This document shows positions 1 to 11,714 of a stretch of DNA of 64,000 nt, piece by piece. Below the pieces are notes generated by a model that worked only from the letters and a program-made list of their open reading frames with translations, made no database searches and was not told the DNA's origin. Source of the DNA: Phoronis australis (taxonomy: Eukaryota > Animalia > Phoronida); the NCBI GenBank assembly GCA_002633005.1, contig NMRA01000186.1:1-64000 (forward strand), given 5' to 3'. How positions within the stretch are numbered: the stretch's first letter is position 1; each line of letters opens with the position of its first letter. The translations under genes and the position numbers were made by a program.

Positions 1-299
1 ACAAAGTGAAAAGCAATCCTTCAGCAATAACCTGAGAGAATTGAACATAATTCAGTAATTCAGCACCTGATATGCCCTATGTTGTTTCTTTCTGTGCTTT
101 TTCAGTTTGCCATTTGTTTTTAAATACACTGATAATTGTTTATTCTCGAATCTTGTGCATAGCAGCCAGCTACAATTGAAAACATACAATAACACAATCG
201 ATGCAGTCACTGAATGTCATTTCCCCATAATCTGTACCTAATTGAAAAGTTTTTACCAATAGTATAAAGCCTTTCTTCTGAAAGGAAAATTTAATGTCA

Positions 300-2500
300 C
301 TCAGCTTTTGGCTTTCATTTCACTGGGTTCTAGTTTCAATGGCCTATAGAAGCGCTTGTAAAAAAGGTCCAGTTTCAACACGTGGCATTCTTTCATGTAA
401 CCTCATTCAGCTTCGATAACATCCACAATTAGACCCTTGAAGGTAAACACAGCAGCATATCACTTGAATCGTTTTGAGCCCAAAATCAGACTCTGAACTA
501 GACCAGTGTGTGACTAGGTCTTCTTTAGCTTCAGTCACTCATGTTTCTTCCAGGAAAGGAAATAAGCTATTGTCCACACATGACTCATTGCCTATGAAAG
601 GGCATCCTCACCAACAAGGCTTATTTGTGTAGCAGTCAGATATAGTTCGTCTGGATACACAGACACTCCACTGGCACATTGTCTTATGATAACTTAGTAC
701 TGCCATTCACATTTCTCCAGGGCCACTGACTTGCACATTTATAATTGTGCCATGCAGCACTGCTGGTGTGTGGAAGTGTTGTGGCAAGAGAACGGAGTAA
801 CAAAGCTTGTCTATGATACAGCTCGAAGTGGCCTTAAAATGTCACTGAACCTGGAACAAATATTGAAATATGAATAATTAAGTACTCCAGATTGGATCAA
901 ATGCTGTGGGAAGAGAACGGAGTAACAAAGCTTGTCTATGATACAGCTTGAAGTGGCCTTAAAATGTCACTGAACCTAGAACAAATATTGAAATATGAAT
1001 AATTAAGTACTCCAGATTGGATCAAAAATGTTATCCCTGTTTTTCAAAAATAATGGTGATTGGTCTACAGTTTCACATAAAAGTAAATAATTACTATTTT
1101 CAGAAACCAAGGGTGTATATAATGAGTGTTGCATAAAACTGTGTGTCTTTATTTTTTATCCCTAGCCATAACAATTCTTTAAACGCATCACTTGTCTGTA
1201 AAATATAAAAAAATTTTGAGACAACTTCAAACCTTTGTTACCCATTTTCAAGCCTTTTCAATTTTGATACTTTCAGCAATTTTAAACTCAGATTACAGGT
1301 TCATGAGTCTGTCAAGCATACTTCTAGCCTAAGGTTGAGGGAACCGTTTTTCTTCTAATAGAAGATATGAAGGCTATGGGTCATTTAAAAATGATGGATA
1401 ATCTTTCTGTTGTTTAAGAGTAATTACAAATCGTAAGGTACCATCAAAAATGCAATTTTCACAAAATGGCAGTCATTCGAATTTACAACGACTTTCAACA
1501 TTTCAAGGCATGAGTTAAGACTATACAGTCACTGTGAATTCGGAAAATGTAATATATTTTCGTGGTTTTATAATTGATACAAGTAGCAAAACAGTTTCAT
1601 GAAATCAACTTGAAGGGACTTCGTGAAGGTTAAGAATTACCTCACCATGCTCTTACCCCAAACATGTATTACCCGTTATTTCCACACATTCAGTTGTACC
1701 AAATATTACAACCCCCCATGCCAATCCCCCTCGGGACCTGAATAAGTAAGTTAACAAAATGACTTTACAAATAGCTGTTCCTTTTCAAAGGCTTTGTTTG
1801 TTGTCTCCAGTATTGAAAGTAGGCTTTGACAACAGATCTGCACTGGATGGGAAGATCTTGTTGGTTAGCTGCAGTCAAATGCTAAAAACCAACTTTTGTC
1901 CATTCAGGGACGGTGCAGAAGCGATGCATATCTCCTCTGCACGGTACAAGCCTTCAAACCTAAAAACCAAAGGTTACGTGAAAACTGACATGATAGATTT
2001 CCATCAACGTGTAATAGATTTCCAGAAGACATATGAAAGGGAGTAAACAAATAGTCTAACGCAATGGATATTTATCACTCACGTACCCTTTGCCATTGGG
2101 ATTGGATTGTAATCTTAACTCATTAACCTGTATCGAGTTGACAGCATAAACATTCAGCATTGATTGATGTAACTGTCGCTGATAAACTTTTAGAAATCAT
2201 TCCAAACAATAATAATGCTTTGATGTACGAAAAGATCCCGATTGCTACGTCAAGTATCGTATCACATATCACAACATACAAAGATTAACCAGACTCTGGC
2301 TGGCGACTGACTGCCGCGAAGTCGACATCGGCGAGTGCCTCAGTTAACAGGCATCGGTAGAATAATCATGGAATAATCGTTAAAATAATCACAAACCTTA
2401 CCTTTGTATGAGGTCGTGCTTACTTCCTCTCATAGAAGCACCCTTTTTACGCAATCTCAGATTCAGTTGGCACGGCTGCAAGCCATTTCACCATGTATTT
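300..2500 (-). pseudogene. Degraded spliced gene with an N-terminal SAP-like motif, probably transposon-associated
   Basis: Minus strand 2402-2470 reads LRKKGASMRGSKHDLIQR up to a GTAAGG donor at 2401. Further exon-like pieces at 2087-2127 (RLMS*DYNP), about 1770-1960 (PEWTKVGF*HLTAANQQDLP..VKAYFQY..KAFEK) and about 300-850, all with stops or frameshifts. The lower boundary is approximate. Confidence 0.45.
776..1025. repeat. Tandem duplication, 2 x 125 bp
   Basis: AAGAGAACGGAGTAACAAAGC...CCAGATTGGATCAA starts at both 786 and 911, with few substitutions. Confidence 0.92.
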
Positions 2501-2574
2501 AAAGGGCTTGCGAAATCGAGGCTGTTAATCTATCACCATTAGTACACGCACGCCCTCTAGTTATTGTAGATTTT

Positions 2575-3715
2575 CCGAATAGCCCCATTCTCAGCGCCCA
2601 GTTTTGTAGTTTCTGTAATCTTTCGATTGTGGAAGGAGCACAGGTTGAAATGTCGATCGCGTCATATTCGAATAGGGGTCTGATGAACATTTTGTAGATC
2701 AGTAGTAGGCAGTCGCTCCTAGCGCCCCACGCTGTGCCCTTCAATCGATACATAAGCTTGACTCTGGTTCTTGCCCGGTCACACACGCGTGCGACGTGGG
2801 GTTGTAACGTCAGTCTTTGATCAAGGGTTACCCCTAGCAAAGTGGCCTCTGCTTTTGGTGTGAGCCTGACACCAAATAGTGAAAGACTGAACGGTCGCAG
2901 TTTGCGTTGGAACAGGATGACCTGTGATTTTGCGGCATTGAGTTTGATGCGCCAGATGGAGCACCAGTCCTGTTTTGATAGTGCCCGCTGGAGGCGTGCT
3001 TGGACAACTGTCTCTTGTTTTTCACTTTTCCACAACCCGAGGTCGTCGACGAACTGGGATATCTGAACTTTGCCCCTTGGGTGAACTGGTAGGTCGCTAA
3101 CATAGATCAAAATAGCAACGGACTTAGGACGGACCCCTGGGGGGTGCCGGCCCTCAGATTCACCGGTTGGGAGACGGTTTGTCCCTGTCTGACTGAAATG
3201 CATCTGTCTCTCAGGAAAGATGACAGGAGTCTAACCATTTTGTCAGGTAGACCTGTATTGGAAAGTTTGTATCTCATTCCGTCATGCCATACAGAGTCAA
3301 AGGCTTTTTCCACGTCCAACATTATGGCTCCGGTGCAAAAGTTTTTACCCATTGCCATTTTGCCTTGAGCTATCAGTCTATGAATGTGTTCGGTTCCTTC
3401 ACGATTTTTCCTGTAGGCTGGTTGCCATGTGTTAAAGAAGCCTTTGGAATCCAGTTTTGCGTATATTCTATTCGTGAGGATTCGTTCGAACGTTTTGCCA
3501 ATGCATGATAGCAGACTGATTGGGCGGTAGTTGGCCGGGTTAGTATGGTCTTTCTCTGGTTTCGGTATCATGACACCCACTGCGCTTTTCCACGGTTTGG
3601 GAAAGTGGCCGATAGCAAGGCATCTGTTGTATATCTCGGCTAGCCTCTCGTGGAGCGGCAGACTCAGCCCCACTGTTTTGCTAGCACACATAAAGGCCCT
3701 CGAAAAAAGCACCGC
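2575..3715 (-). mobile_element. Non-LTR retrotransposon reverse-transcriptase fragment (Jockey/I-like), frameshifted
   Basis: ORFs 3107..3712 and 2499..3203 contain NYRPISLLS, LDVEKAFDSVWH, GTPQGSVLSPLLF, then a frameshift to QFVDD, WRIKLN..KS, LGVTLD and YK.FIRP.FEY. Confidence 0.93.
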
Positions 3716-4084
3716 AAAGTACCCTCTGCGACGCGTCGAATATAAAGTGTTTTCAATACCAGCTGGACTTCCGTCTATTCCGCAAGAGAATTTATTTTAG
3801 GTCAAATTCCTAAGAGGGTTATTGTGGGCTTTTGTGGTAAAGATGTGGTGAATACGCTACAGTGAATTAATCTATGGTAGTGACGTTACGTGGAAGTTAC
3901 GTTACATCACGGGTGTTTTAGAATCCCTGTAGAGCAGCAGTTCAGAGTTAAGGAGTTGCCGCCGTGAAGTCTGAGTGTTCAGACGTTCTAATGCGGTGTG
4001 TGACTTGGGATAATCACTGTGTACATGCGTGTGTATCTGTATATTAGCTTGCGTGCAGTAGTTTGTAGAGTTCAGAGGGGACTG

Positions 4085-4285
4085 AGGGAGGCTGAACTGA
4101 GGTAAGCCGTTCTAGTAGTTTTAGTAATATTTACTTCGTACTTGGGACTCTAAAGATACAAGACGTGCTTCAAGTCGTTCTAGACGTTTTCCTAATCGCA
4201 TCATTATATCTTCAAGTGTATTTGCTGTTTCCGGAAGCAGTGGTGTATCAAGTTAAGGTAAAATGCTTTCTAAGCGTAGTAGTAT
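4085..4285 (+). repeat. ~190-bp direct repeat, copy 1
   Basis: GGAGGCTGAACTGAGGTA...CAGTGGTGTATCAAGTTAAGGTAA recurs at about 5960-6165. Confidence 0.9.
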
Positions 4286-4291
4286 AGTATA

Positions 4292-4575
4292 CATGGACGG
4301 ATCCAGGATTTTGAGTTAGGGGGCCAGGTCACAGGAATAACCAGAGTTTCGCCACATGCGCGCACCAAGCCTAAAATGTAGGAATGCAGGACTCTCGAAT
4401 TTTTGGGTTTGTGAAACTTATTACTAAAAAAAACGGTAAACGGGGTTTGTTCAAGGCCTATGCCTTGTGTATTCGCCCCCGAGCCCCCCTGGGTAAGCGC
4501 ATATGCTAGCCAGCAATTCGCACACAGAACTGCCAAATGGTATCTGAGAGAATTTTAGGAGGGGTCATGGCCCTG
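4292..4575 (-). mobile_element. Short interspersed MITE-like element (CAGTGGCGGAT...ATCCGCCCCTG family), inverted copy
   Basis: CGGATCCAGGATTTTGAGTTAGG...CCAGG is the reverse complement of the 3' ends of the copies at 21276 and 27967. Confidence 0.65.
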
Positions 4576-5959
4576 AAGTATTATCTGGCCGGTTAGAGGC
4601 GATAATGAAGACACCAGGTTTAGAACAGTAGGTTTATATTTGAAGACTAAGTACCGAGAGAACTACTTCATTCACAGCAATATATGACTACGCTACATAG
4701 TAATGCGATACTACAACAGGCCCCTTNCTGGTATAATAGAATAACGTGGTAAGGGCGGCACACAACATCTTGGTGGCAGTGGAATTTCTGGGAACCCGGT
4801 GGCGAACAAAGGGCCACGTTCTAAGGCAGGCAGACATATTGGATTTTGAATTTTTTTAATTCTCTTTTCTTTCTAACTCGGTAATTACGGTCGTCAGGCT
4901 CAATCCGTGAGGCAAAAAAATAGAGTTTAGTAAGGTTAGATTAAAAAGTACATGAAAGGTAGCGGATTTTGAGAAAAAATTTTTGGGAAGTTAGTCTGTG
5001 AGTCGTAAGCCTCTGATTCGGAAAAGCATCGAGTAGGGCGGCCATTTTGATTGGATTATCAAAATTGGTGGAACGTCGTGAATTAATTAACGGGTTTGTT
5101 AATATTTCCAGGTGTAATTCAGGGTGGCACTCGTTTACAGCTGCTGGAATTATTTTGCACTTTGAATTTATTTTCAGGTGTGTTTTTGTGGCAAAATTGA
5201 CTGGAACAAAGGTTGTAGTATAGTAACTTTGCATTTGTGCTCGAAATTCACTGTGCTTCATTAGTAAGGAGACTTGTAAGTGAGTTGGGAAAAAAAGGAT
5301 ATACGTTGTTTAATTGTTCTATTTGTGTAGTCTTGGATTGCTTTAGGGTGACTGCATTTGATGAAAGGGAGGGGGGAGAAGGTGAAGAGAGGTATCTCTA
5401 ACGGACAAGATTGCGACCAATTAATCATTTCGAAAAGACGAGAGACCATGAGGAGGCATCATTTCGCTCAAATTTGGCTGATGAGGATAGGCATGAGACG
5501 ACCTCGAGACTTCGGGGAGGCGATTGTAATCCTGTAACGGAGGATTCAGGGTACACGACGGAGGAAAACGTGTTGATTCAATGTCGAAGGGTGACGATGG
5601 CAACTGATGACGAGCGAACAGATGTTCCCAACACGGTGCAAAATAGAGAACAGCCAACAGGTGGCGAACGGATATACCACAGTGGTGATGTTCATTGTGA
5701 GAGTCCAAATGGGCAAGCGATTCCCGGAAGACAGAACTCAACCGTATCATGTCAGTAGCCTACAACCCAGAGGGTGTGTATGCGTGGCCTATTGTGCTTC
5801 AGGTGCCAAAGCATATTCGATTTAACGGATACGGAAACTATCGCATGTCTAGGTTGCTTTTCTGTAGATGGGTGCAGGCGCATCGCGTTCATGGTGATGA
5901 AGCGGTGGATTTTTTCATCACGGCCAACCGCTTGAGTTCGTGGTAGAACAGGTGAACTG

Positions 5960-6165
5960 AAGGAGGCTGAACTGAGGTACAGTAAGCCGTTCTAGTAGTT
6001 TTAGTAATACTTTCTTCGTACTTGGGACTCTATAGAGACAACAAGACGTGCATCAAGTCCTTCTAGACGTTTTCCTAATCGTATCATTATGTCTTCAAGT
6101 GTGTGTGCTTTGTCCGGGACCAGTGGTGTATCAAGTTAAGGTAAGCTGTCTTCTAAGCATATAGT
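5960..6165 (+). repeat. ~190-bp direct repeat, copy 2, abutting the Maverick capsid fragment
   Basis: Clearly alignable to 4085-4285 with scattered substitutions and indels. Confidence 0.9.
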
Positions 6166-6196
6166 AAATTAGAATAACTCGGCAAGAGCGGCACGC

Positions 6197-6610
6197 AACA
6201 CAGACGCATATAGCGCATCGTATGCCAAGAACCCTTTCAATTTCAAACATTGCAACAGCAGTTATCTCTCTCTTTACGTCGACAGGGTGCAAGTTCCTTC
6301 TAAACCACTACAACCGAACTTTGACAAATCTACGTTCGTTAGAGCTTTCACGGACTTGTTTTCGGGAACGGGGCAGAATTACGAGGACGAAGGTAACGAC
6401 GTGAGACATCTGGATTATGCCGTCGTCAACATGCTTTTTGCTTTTGAACTGACCCCTGACTTTAATCTCACAAAACAAAGAAACCTCCACTTGGAAGTTC
6501 ATTTCGCATCGGCGCTGCCTTCTACAATAAACGCCGTTTGTTATGCCGAGTTTGAGAACATTGTGGAAATTATTAGAGCTAGAAACGTCTTGTTTGATTT
6601 CACACCATGA
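6197..6610 (+). pseudogene. Maverick/Polinton major capsid protein, C-terminal fragment
   Basis: In-frame NTDAYSASYAKNPFNFKH...LYVD..QVPSKPLQPNF...LFSGTG...EGND...LFAFELTPD...NLHLEVHF..ALP.TIN.VCYAEFEN.VEI...RNVLFDF matches the conserved end of the Polinton capsid; 5'-truncated. Confidence 0.9.
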
Positions 6611-7039
6611 GGACTGATTAGATTATTGCGATTTTAGAAACCGATGGCTTTATCTGACAAGTCTTTGGTGGTTGTCTTGCGTGTGATAAATTGTGTAACC
6701 TTGGTGTCGTTTCACATCTGAATGCTTACGTTTGCAACTACGATCTTAGCCACAAACCTAATACACTTTAGGTGGTTATTTGTCTGACCGAGGATGGAAA
6801 AGGAGAATATTTTGACTCGTACGGCTTGCCACCGCTATCAGACCACTTGCGAGATTTTCTCGATAGAAATACGAGTGGATAGACAACTCAGATCAGACAA
6901 TTCCAGGGACTTTCGTCGACAGTTTGTGGACAATATTGCATAATTTATTTGTTGGAGCATGGAGTTTATCGCTAATTTGTGTGATCAAGACTCTAAAACT
7001 AACGATCGCTGTGTTTCAGAATTTTTGTCAACGGATTAA
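6607..7039 (+). pseudogene. Maverick/Polinton adenain-like cysteine protease, inactivated
   Basis: ATG overlaps the capsid stop (ATGA, 6607-6610). Reads MRTD*...VFGGCLACDKL...N.D..HKPNTL*VVI...GKGEYFDSYGLPP...QFQGLSSTVCGQYC. Four in-frame stops; the catalytic His-Trp is now Leu-stop. Confidence 0.88.
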
Positions 7040-8076
7040 TGTAATCGCAACTCGTTTACAAATATATTCAAAGCCTAAACGCCCAGTTTAAGTTATCGTA
7101 GTAAGCTACGGAGATTATTAGACTGACTTTGAAAACTTGGTAGTTGACGTGTGTTCGTGTTTTCTTACGGAAAAAGAAAATAAAAATATTCGAATAATCG
7201 GAATAAACTCTCCACAGAGGTAGTGTGTGTGAAAAACTTTTATACAGCTTCAGAGGATGGTTAACCTACAAAATAAAAATAATAAAAATAAAACAAGAAG
7301 ATATTGAATATCGAATATATATGTAGACGATTTACAAAATAAGAAAGTGTATAGTATAGACGGTTGGTAAAAAACAATGAAAGGTTAGATGCCATGTACG
7401 CAAAACGAAATTTAAAAGCCTGGCTAGGAGAAGGGTGAAGCAAATGATAACTCACCGCTAACTCGCAAACTCCGATCTCGGAATAGTTTGTATAATCGAT
7501 CTAATCTGTGTTCAGTTTACTTATATCGCCGGCGTTGTAGACAAGTTATATCAGAAAAACTTAAACGAGGCTTGCGACACACGCACGCCCGGTTTATTGA
7601 AGTTGGAACTAGAATGTGACAACTGCATCGCTCTTTGCTTTAAAACGTATTACGTGGGGGCGGAAGACGGTAAATCTCATTTTAGCTGTAAAAGATTGCA
7701 ATGGTAGAGAAATGAAATCGACAAAGTGAGGTGTCTCAAAGTGTCTTATTATTAGTATTATTAGTTTAGTACCGTCGGTACCTGGGATAGGTATACGCGA
7801 CATCTGTTGTTGACGGATGAGAAGGTGCGACATCTGTTGTTGAGAGATGAGAACAGTATACAACGACGACACGTGTCGCACGCGAAATAACGTAATCTAC
7901 CTTTTGTTCTTATTCACCAGCATGATCTCTATTTTCTTTCGGCTCTCGATCAGTTGAACAAACACGGCGTAATCTTTTCATGACATCCGGGTGGTGGACT
8001 GTGCTATGCCCTAGCCTACTTGATGGCGTCAGCAGTCGGGTCTTCCTTCCGGTTTACCGACGTTTCCAGCCTTCCT

Positions 8077-8216
8077 TTCAGTAACGCTAGGACCTCGCTA
8101 AAAAGCAAGACTTCGCGAGATTACGTGAGATATTGCCGTGCATTTTAAATGATAACACGTGACTTTGACTAGGTTTTAGTTAGGTCCTAGCTAGGTCCTA
8201 GCGTCTACGGAACGCA
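8077..8216. mobile_element. MITE with TTCAGTA(G)ACGCTAGGACC-type inverted ends, copy 1
   Basis: Ends ACGCTAGGACC / GGTCCTAGCGT; near-identical copy at 27640-27800. Confidence 0.8.
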
Positions 8217-9721
8217 TGTCGTGAACACATCCACTAAAACAAGAAACTGTAGGAACACCGCATTTATCCACCTTCACTCTCATCAGGCTTCTATTGTGAG
8301 TCAGCATGCGTGAATAATTGGCTGATAAGCCACCTCTGGAACTACTTTGGGCTGAATGGATGACCAGGCCATAAAATGATAATTAGCCAAGACCAGTTAC
8401 TATAATGCAACAAAGAACAAATAATAATGTCTTGCATCACCTAGCCTTGGTGGAAAGCTGTATACTGTATTGGCTCAAACAAACGCTTAGAAAAATTCAT
8501 TTCACGGGGAGGGGACGCTTATTGTAGTGAGCCTACGGCAGTTGAAACCCGGTTTCCCAAACGGGTAAAATCGGAAGCTAGGATTCATCAAATTTACGCT
8601 CTGTGACGTATTTGTAGCCTATGACAGCCTTTCTACAAAATTGTGGTGCATTGCTATCAACTTCCGTTGTTAAATTACGATAATTTTTCAAAAAATTGTG
8701 CTCATCACAGGGCGAAAACTTGCCGACTGATGCGTCGCTGAATCGCGATCGTCAATAGGAAAACTTGTACTCTTGAATAAAAATATAGTTTCGACTCAAC
8801 AAATTACCTGAAATCTTCCTGATGTTTTACAATTTTTAAAGTTCCTGTGGAGTCCAGATTAATTGCGATTAAGTCCAAATGTGCGCTACATCGTACTCCA
8901 CAACACGAGAAAAATCTCTGGATGAACACACATGTTGTTGTCACGTGACGTTTGTTTTGAAGGTCGTCTGCGTATGAGAGTGAGTGAGCGTGCGTGTGCG
9001 GGTCATCGACGATAGACTTTTTTGTTACAAAAGGCGGAGGATTATGCAAGAAAATGGCGTTTACTAGATTGTTTTTCACTTAAACGGCTGTAACGTGCAA
9101 GGTGAGTGCGCTCGCAGAGTCACATCTCGGAAGTTTCCGGTTTGACGGATGACAAAGAACGATCTCAATGAAATTACACAAAGTCGTTTTAGAGCTTGTA
9201 ATAGCTATACAAAACGTATTTTGAGTATTAAAATGCATTTTTTCCAAAACCTTAATAACACACGGAGTAGTTCTACATTTATACAATCCTAACTTGGGTC
9301 CTATATTTTTGTATTCGTGCGCGCCGAATGAAAGTAATCGTGAGTGTTTCTGTGTTGCAAAATCTCTTATCCTGGGCCGATTTGAAAAATTCAAAGTTGT
9401 ATTCGTATTTGTTTTCGCTCCTCTTTTCAAATATTACAGTAAAAACTACGTAAAATTCTCTCCATAAAAAGTACAGTTGTTAGGCTAGACTGTAATCAGC
9501 TGATCATATCCGCATGAGCGAAGTCAATTATCCTCGCTCGTGACTCGATGAATAGAGCAGCTTGGCGGCATCCCTTTGAGCATGAGCCGAGCGCGTCTCA
9601 GCCAAGGTGGATAAATACGGTCTAGTTCAATTTTCCATACCCCGCCTGTTACCTTAAACACCAGGGTTAGAACCAATTTTATTTAGTGGGAATGTTCATA
9701 GCATGCGCACGCCCGGTTACA

Positions 9722-9938
9722 CGTGACCTTGACCTTAGATCGAGGTCCTTCTCTAACGGGACCAATTAAACCTATTACGAAATGAGGTGTGATGTCATTG
9801 ACACTTCCTTCCGGTAGGCGGATGTTTTTCTCTCCGGTTACACTCGTCACACGTGTCCTTTGATCTTTCCAATTTGACCTATGACCTTTGACCGAGGACC
9901 CACAAAAACGGGCCACCTAAACAGCTTACTATACTACT
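9722..9938 (-). mobile_element. Candidate Maverick/Polinton terminal inverted repeat (right end)
   Basis: Ends ...TACTATACTACT at 9938 (AGTAGTATAGTA on the minus strand), the AGT-repeat terminus typical of Polintons. Contains repeated TGACCT motifs and lies 3 kb downstream of the capsid/protease remnants. No partner TIR confirmed. Confidence 0.5.
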
Positions 9939-11384
9939 AGCTTGCGTTCAGATCATCTGTGGGCAAACGAAATTACATCAGCATAAACAAAATAATAAAC
10001 CATGTCCAAATGGCAATTCTGTCGTTCAGCAACTTTTCCAGACGTGAGGGGCTCTGAACGTGCGAGAACATCTGGCTCCTTTGTTAACTGACCAGCACTG
10101 CATAAGTTGTTTACATGCAGACAGCCACGCATGCGCAATTCAATCACCACTAGTACAGCAGAGACACAGCGAGGAGAATTCTCCGAATAGCCCCATTCTG
10201 GTTTAGTTGGAGGGTTTATCAAATAAAGCTTCAATAGCTCTAGTTACGAACTGTTTGAGTTGAACACTAGAAGAGTCAAATATTTTCCAGAAAAGTTAAT
10301 AGATGGCACAACAAATCGGCGGGTGAGCAGTTTTTCTCTGCAAGTCAAGTCTCTGCCTCTGGTATTTGGTACTCTCATTTAATGAAAAATGTAAATGAAA
10401 TTCACTGTTCATAGATTCGTATGAATATGAATAGGAAAATCAATGTCGATCTTTCCTTTACAGTGTTGTTTAAAACAAGTTTATTCAGACGGTAGCGAAA
10501 AAACTGACAGTTCTCCAATAGCTTTCGTGCGCTCTCCGTGTATTTAAAAATTGCATATTAAACACTTATAGCTTTCAGTGTAACGCTCTACATTGTTGTG
10601 CTTGTTCTTATTGAAGTAACCGCGATCACCTGTCTTACATCTTAGTCATTTGCTTTTCTAACCGTGCGGTTTCCCTTGTATCAATAGTCTTTGTGAAATA
10701 CATTTGTAAGGTCCCCAGGGGTCACACCCAGAATGCAGACAACGGCAGACGTCCATATCGGTACATACTGAGGTAGACTCAAAATGCTGCCGTGGTCAGA
10801 TGTTGGTACCTCGTTCATCTATGCTAAGGGCTCTGAGCTACCGGTCTAATTCGGGCAGACTCGATTAAGTCGCTAAATTGTAATAATCAAAATTATTCAA
10901 TTATAAATACCTTACAATCATGAGTAACTGTGAAAAATACTGGCTGTCACAGTCGAGAAACTCTTGAAATTTCTGATACAGTGTGGTGTCGAATGTGGAC
11001 GTCTCGATCACCGTCGTGCGATATTGACGATTTCTCTCGAAAATACCGTTATCAACATGTTTACAAAAGACCGATCTGACTGGAGGACCAATATTTTTTA
11101 AATCTCTGTTTAAGAAAAGACCATTAAATATAAATAATAAATTTTGTTCGGAAATTTATTCACCTTTCAGGTTACAGCTAACAGAATTTAAGGTATTTAC
11201 ACATGAGTACATCCTGGTAAGCAAGGTTCACAGTTACTTTAAACAGTCCCCACCATGACCTTGTGTCTCAAAAGGAATTTTGTTAATACATCTTAAGAGA
11301 TTCAATAGCCTTCATTATACCTGTTGCTAAGAGACGAGCCATCGATTAAGAAAATATATTTTTCTGTTATCGGGGTTGTACGTA

Positions 11385-11714
11385 ATGGGTGGTAAACAGT
11401 CTCCGCCGTTGTTGTTTTTACCAGTGCGTTACTTGTGAGGAAAGTCCGCTTAGAGCCGCGTCTTTCAGACATCAAGATGTGCGTTTGTCGGGCAATAGTA
11501 ACGACAGCTTGACTGAGAACGTCTCTGGGTTCAAATTTCCTAAATATTTGAAAGTTGCACAGAAATGGAATCGGTTTGTGCGCAGCTCAAGAGTGGGGAA
11601 CGTCAGTGTGGACCATACGATTCAGTCGGGAGCCACTCTTTGTTCGGCAAATTTCCAGTAATCGTGTTTCGACCAAACACAAAAACGGCGTTACAATGAA
11701 GGACTCGCCACCTT
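11385..11714 (+). pseudogene. THAP zinc-finger domain remnant (transposase N-terminus)
   Basis: RRCCFYQC...VSGFKFPK....QKWNRFVR....LCSANFQ*SCF fits the THAP C-x4-C..FP..W..CS.HF pattern, with His changed to Asn and a stop. Followed by a GTAAGT donor. Confidence 0.75.

Noticed and set aside
1759-2046. Plus-strand 95-aa ORF as a gene
   Set aside because: No recognisable motif; it overlaps the antisense of the decayed minus-strand exon-like sequence.
4278-4289. AGTAGTATAGTA as the left Maverick terminus pairing with 9927-9938
   Set aside because: The 12-mer is an exact inverted match, but similarity does not extend further, flanks do not give a 6-bp TSD (AAGCGT versus AGCTTG), and it sits at the end of the local direct repeat.
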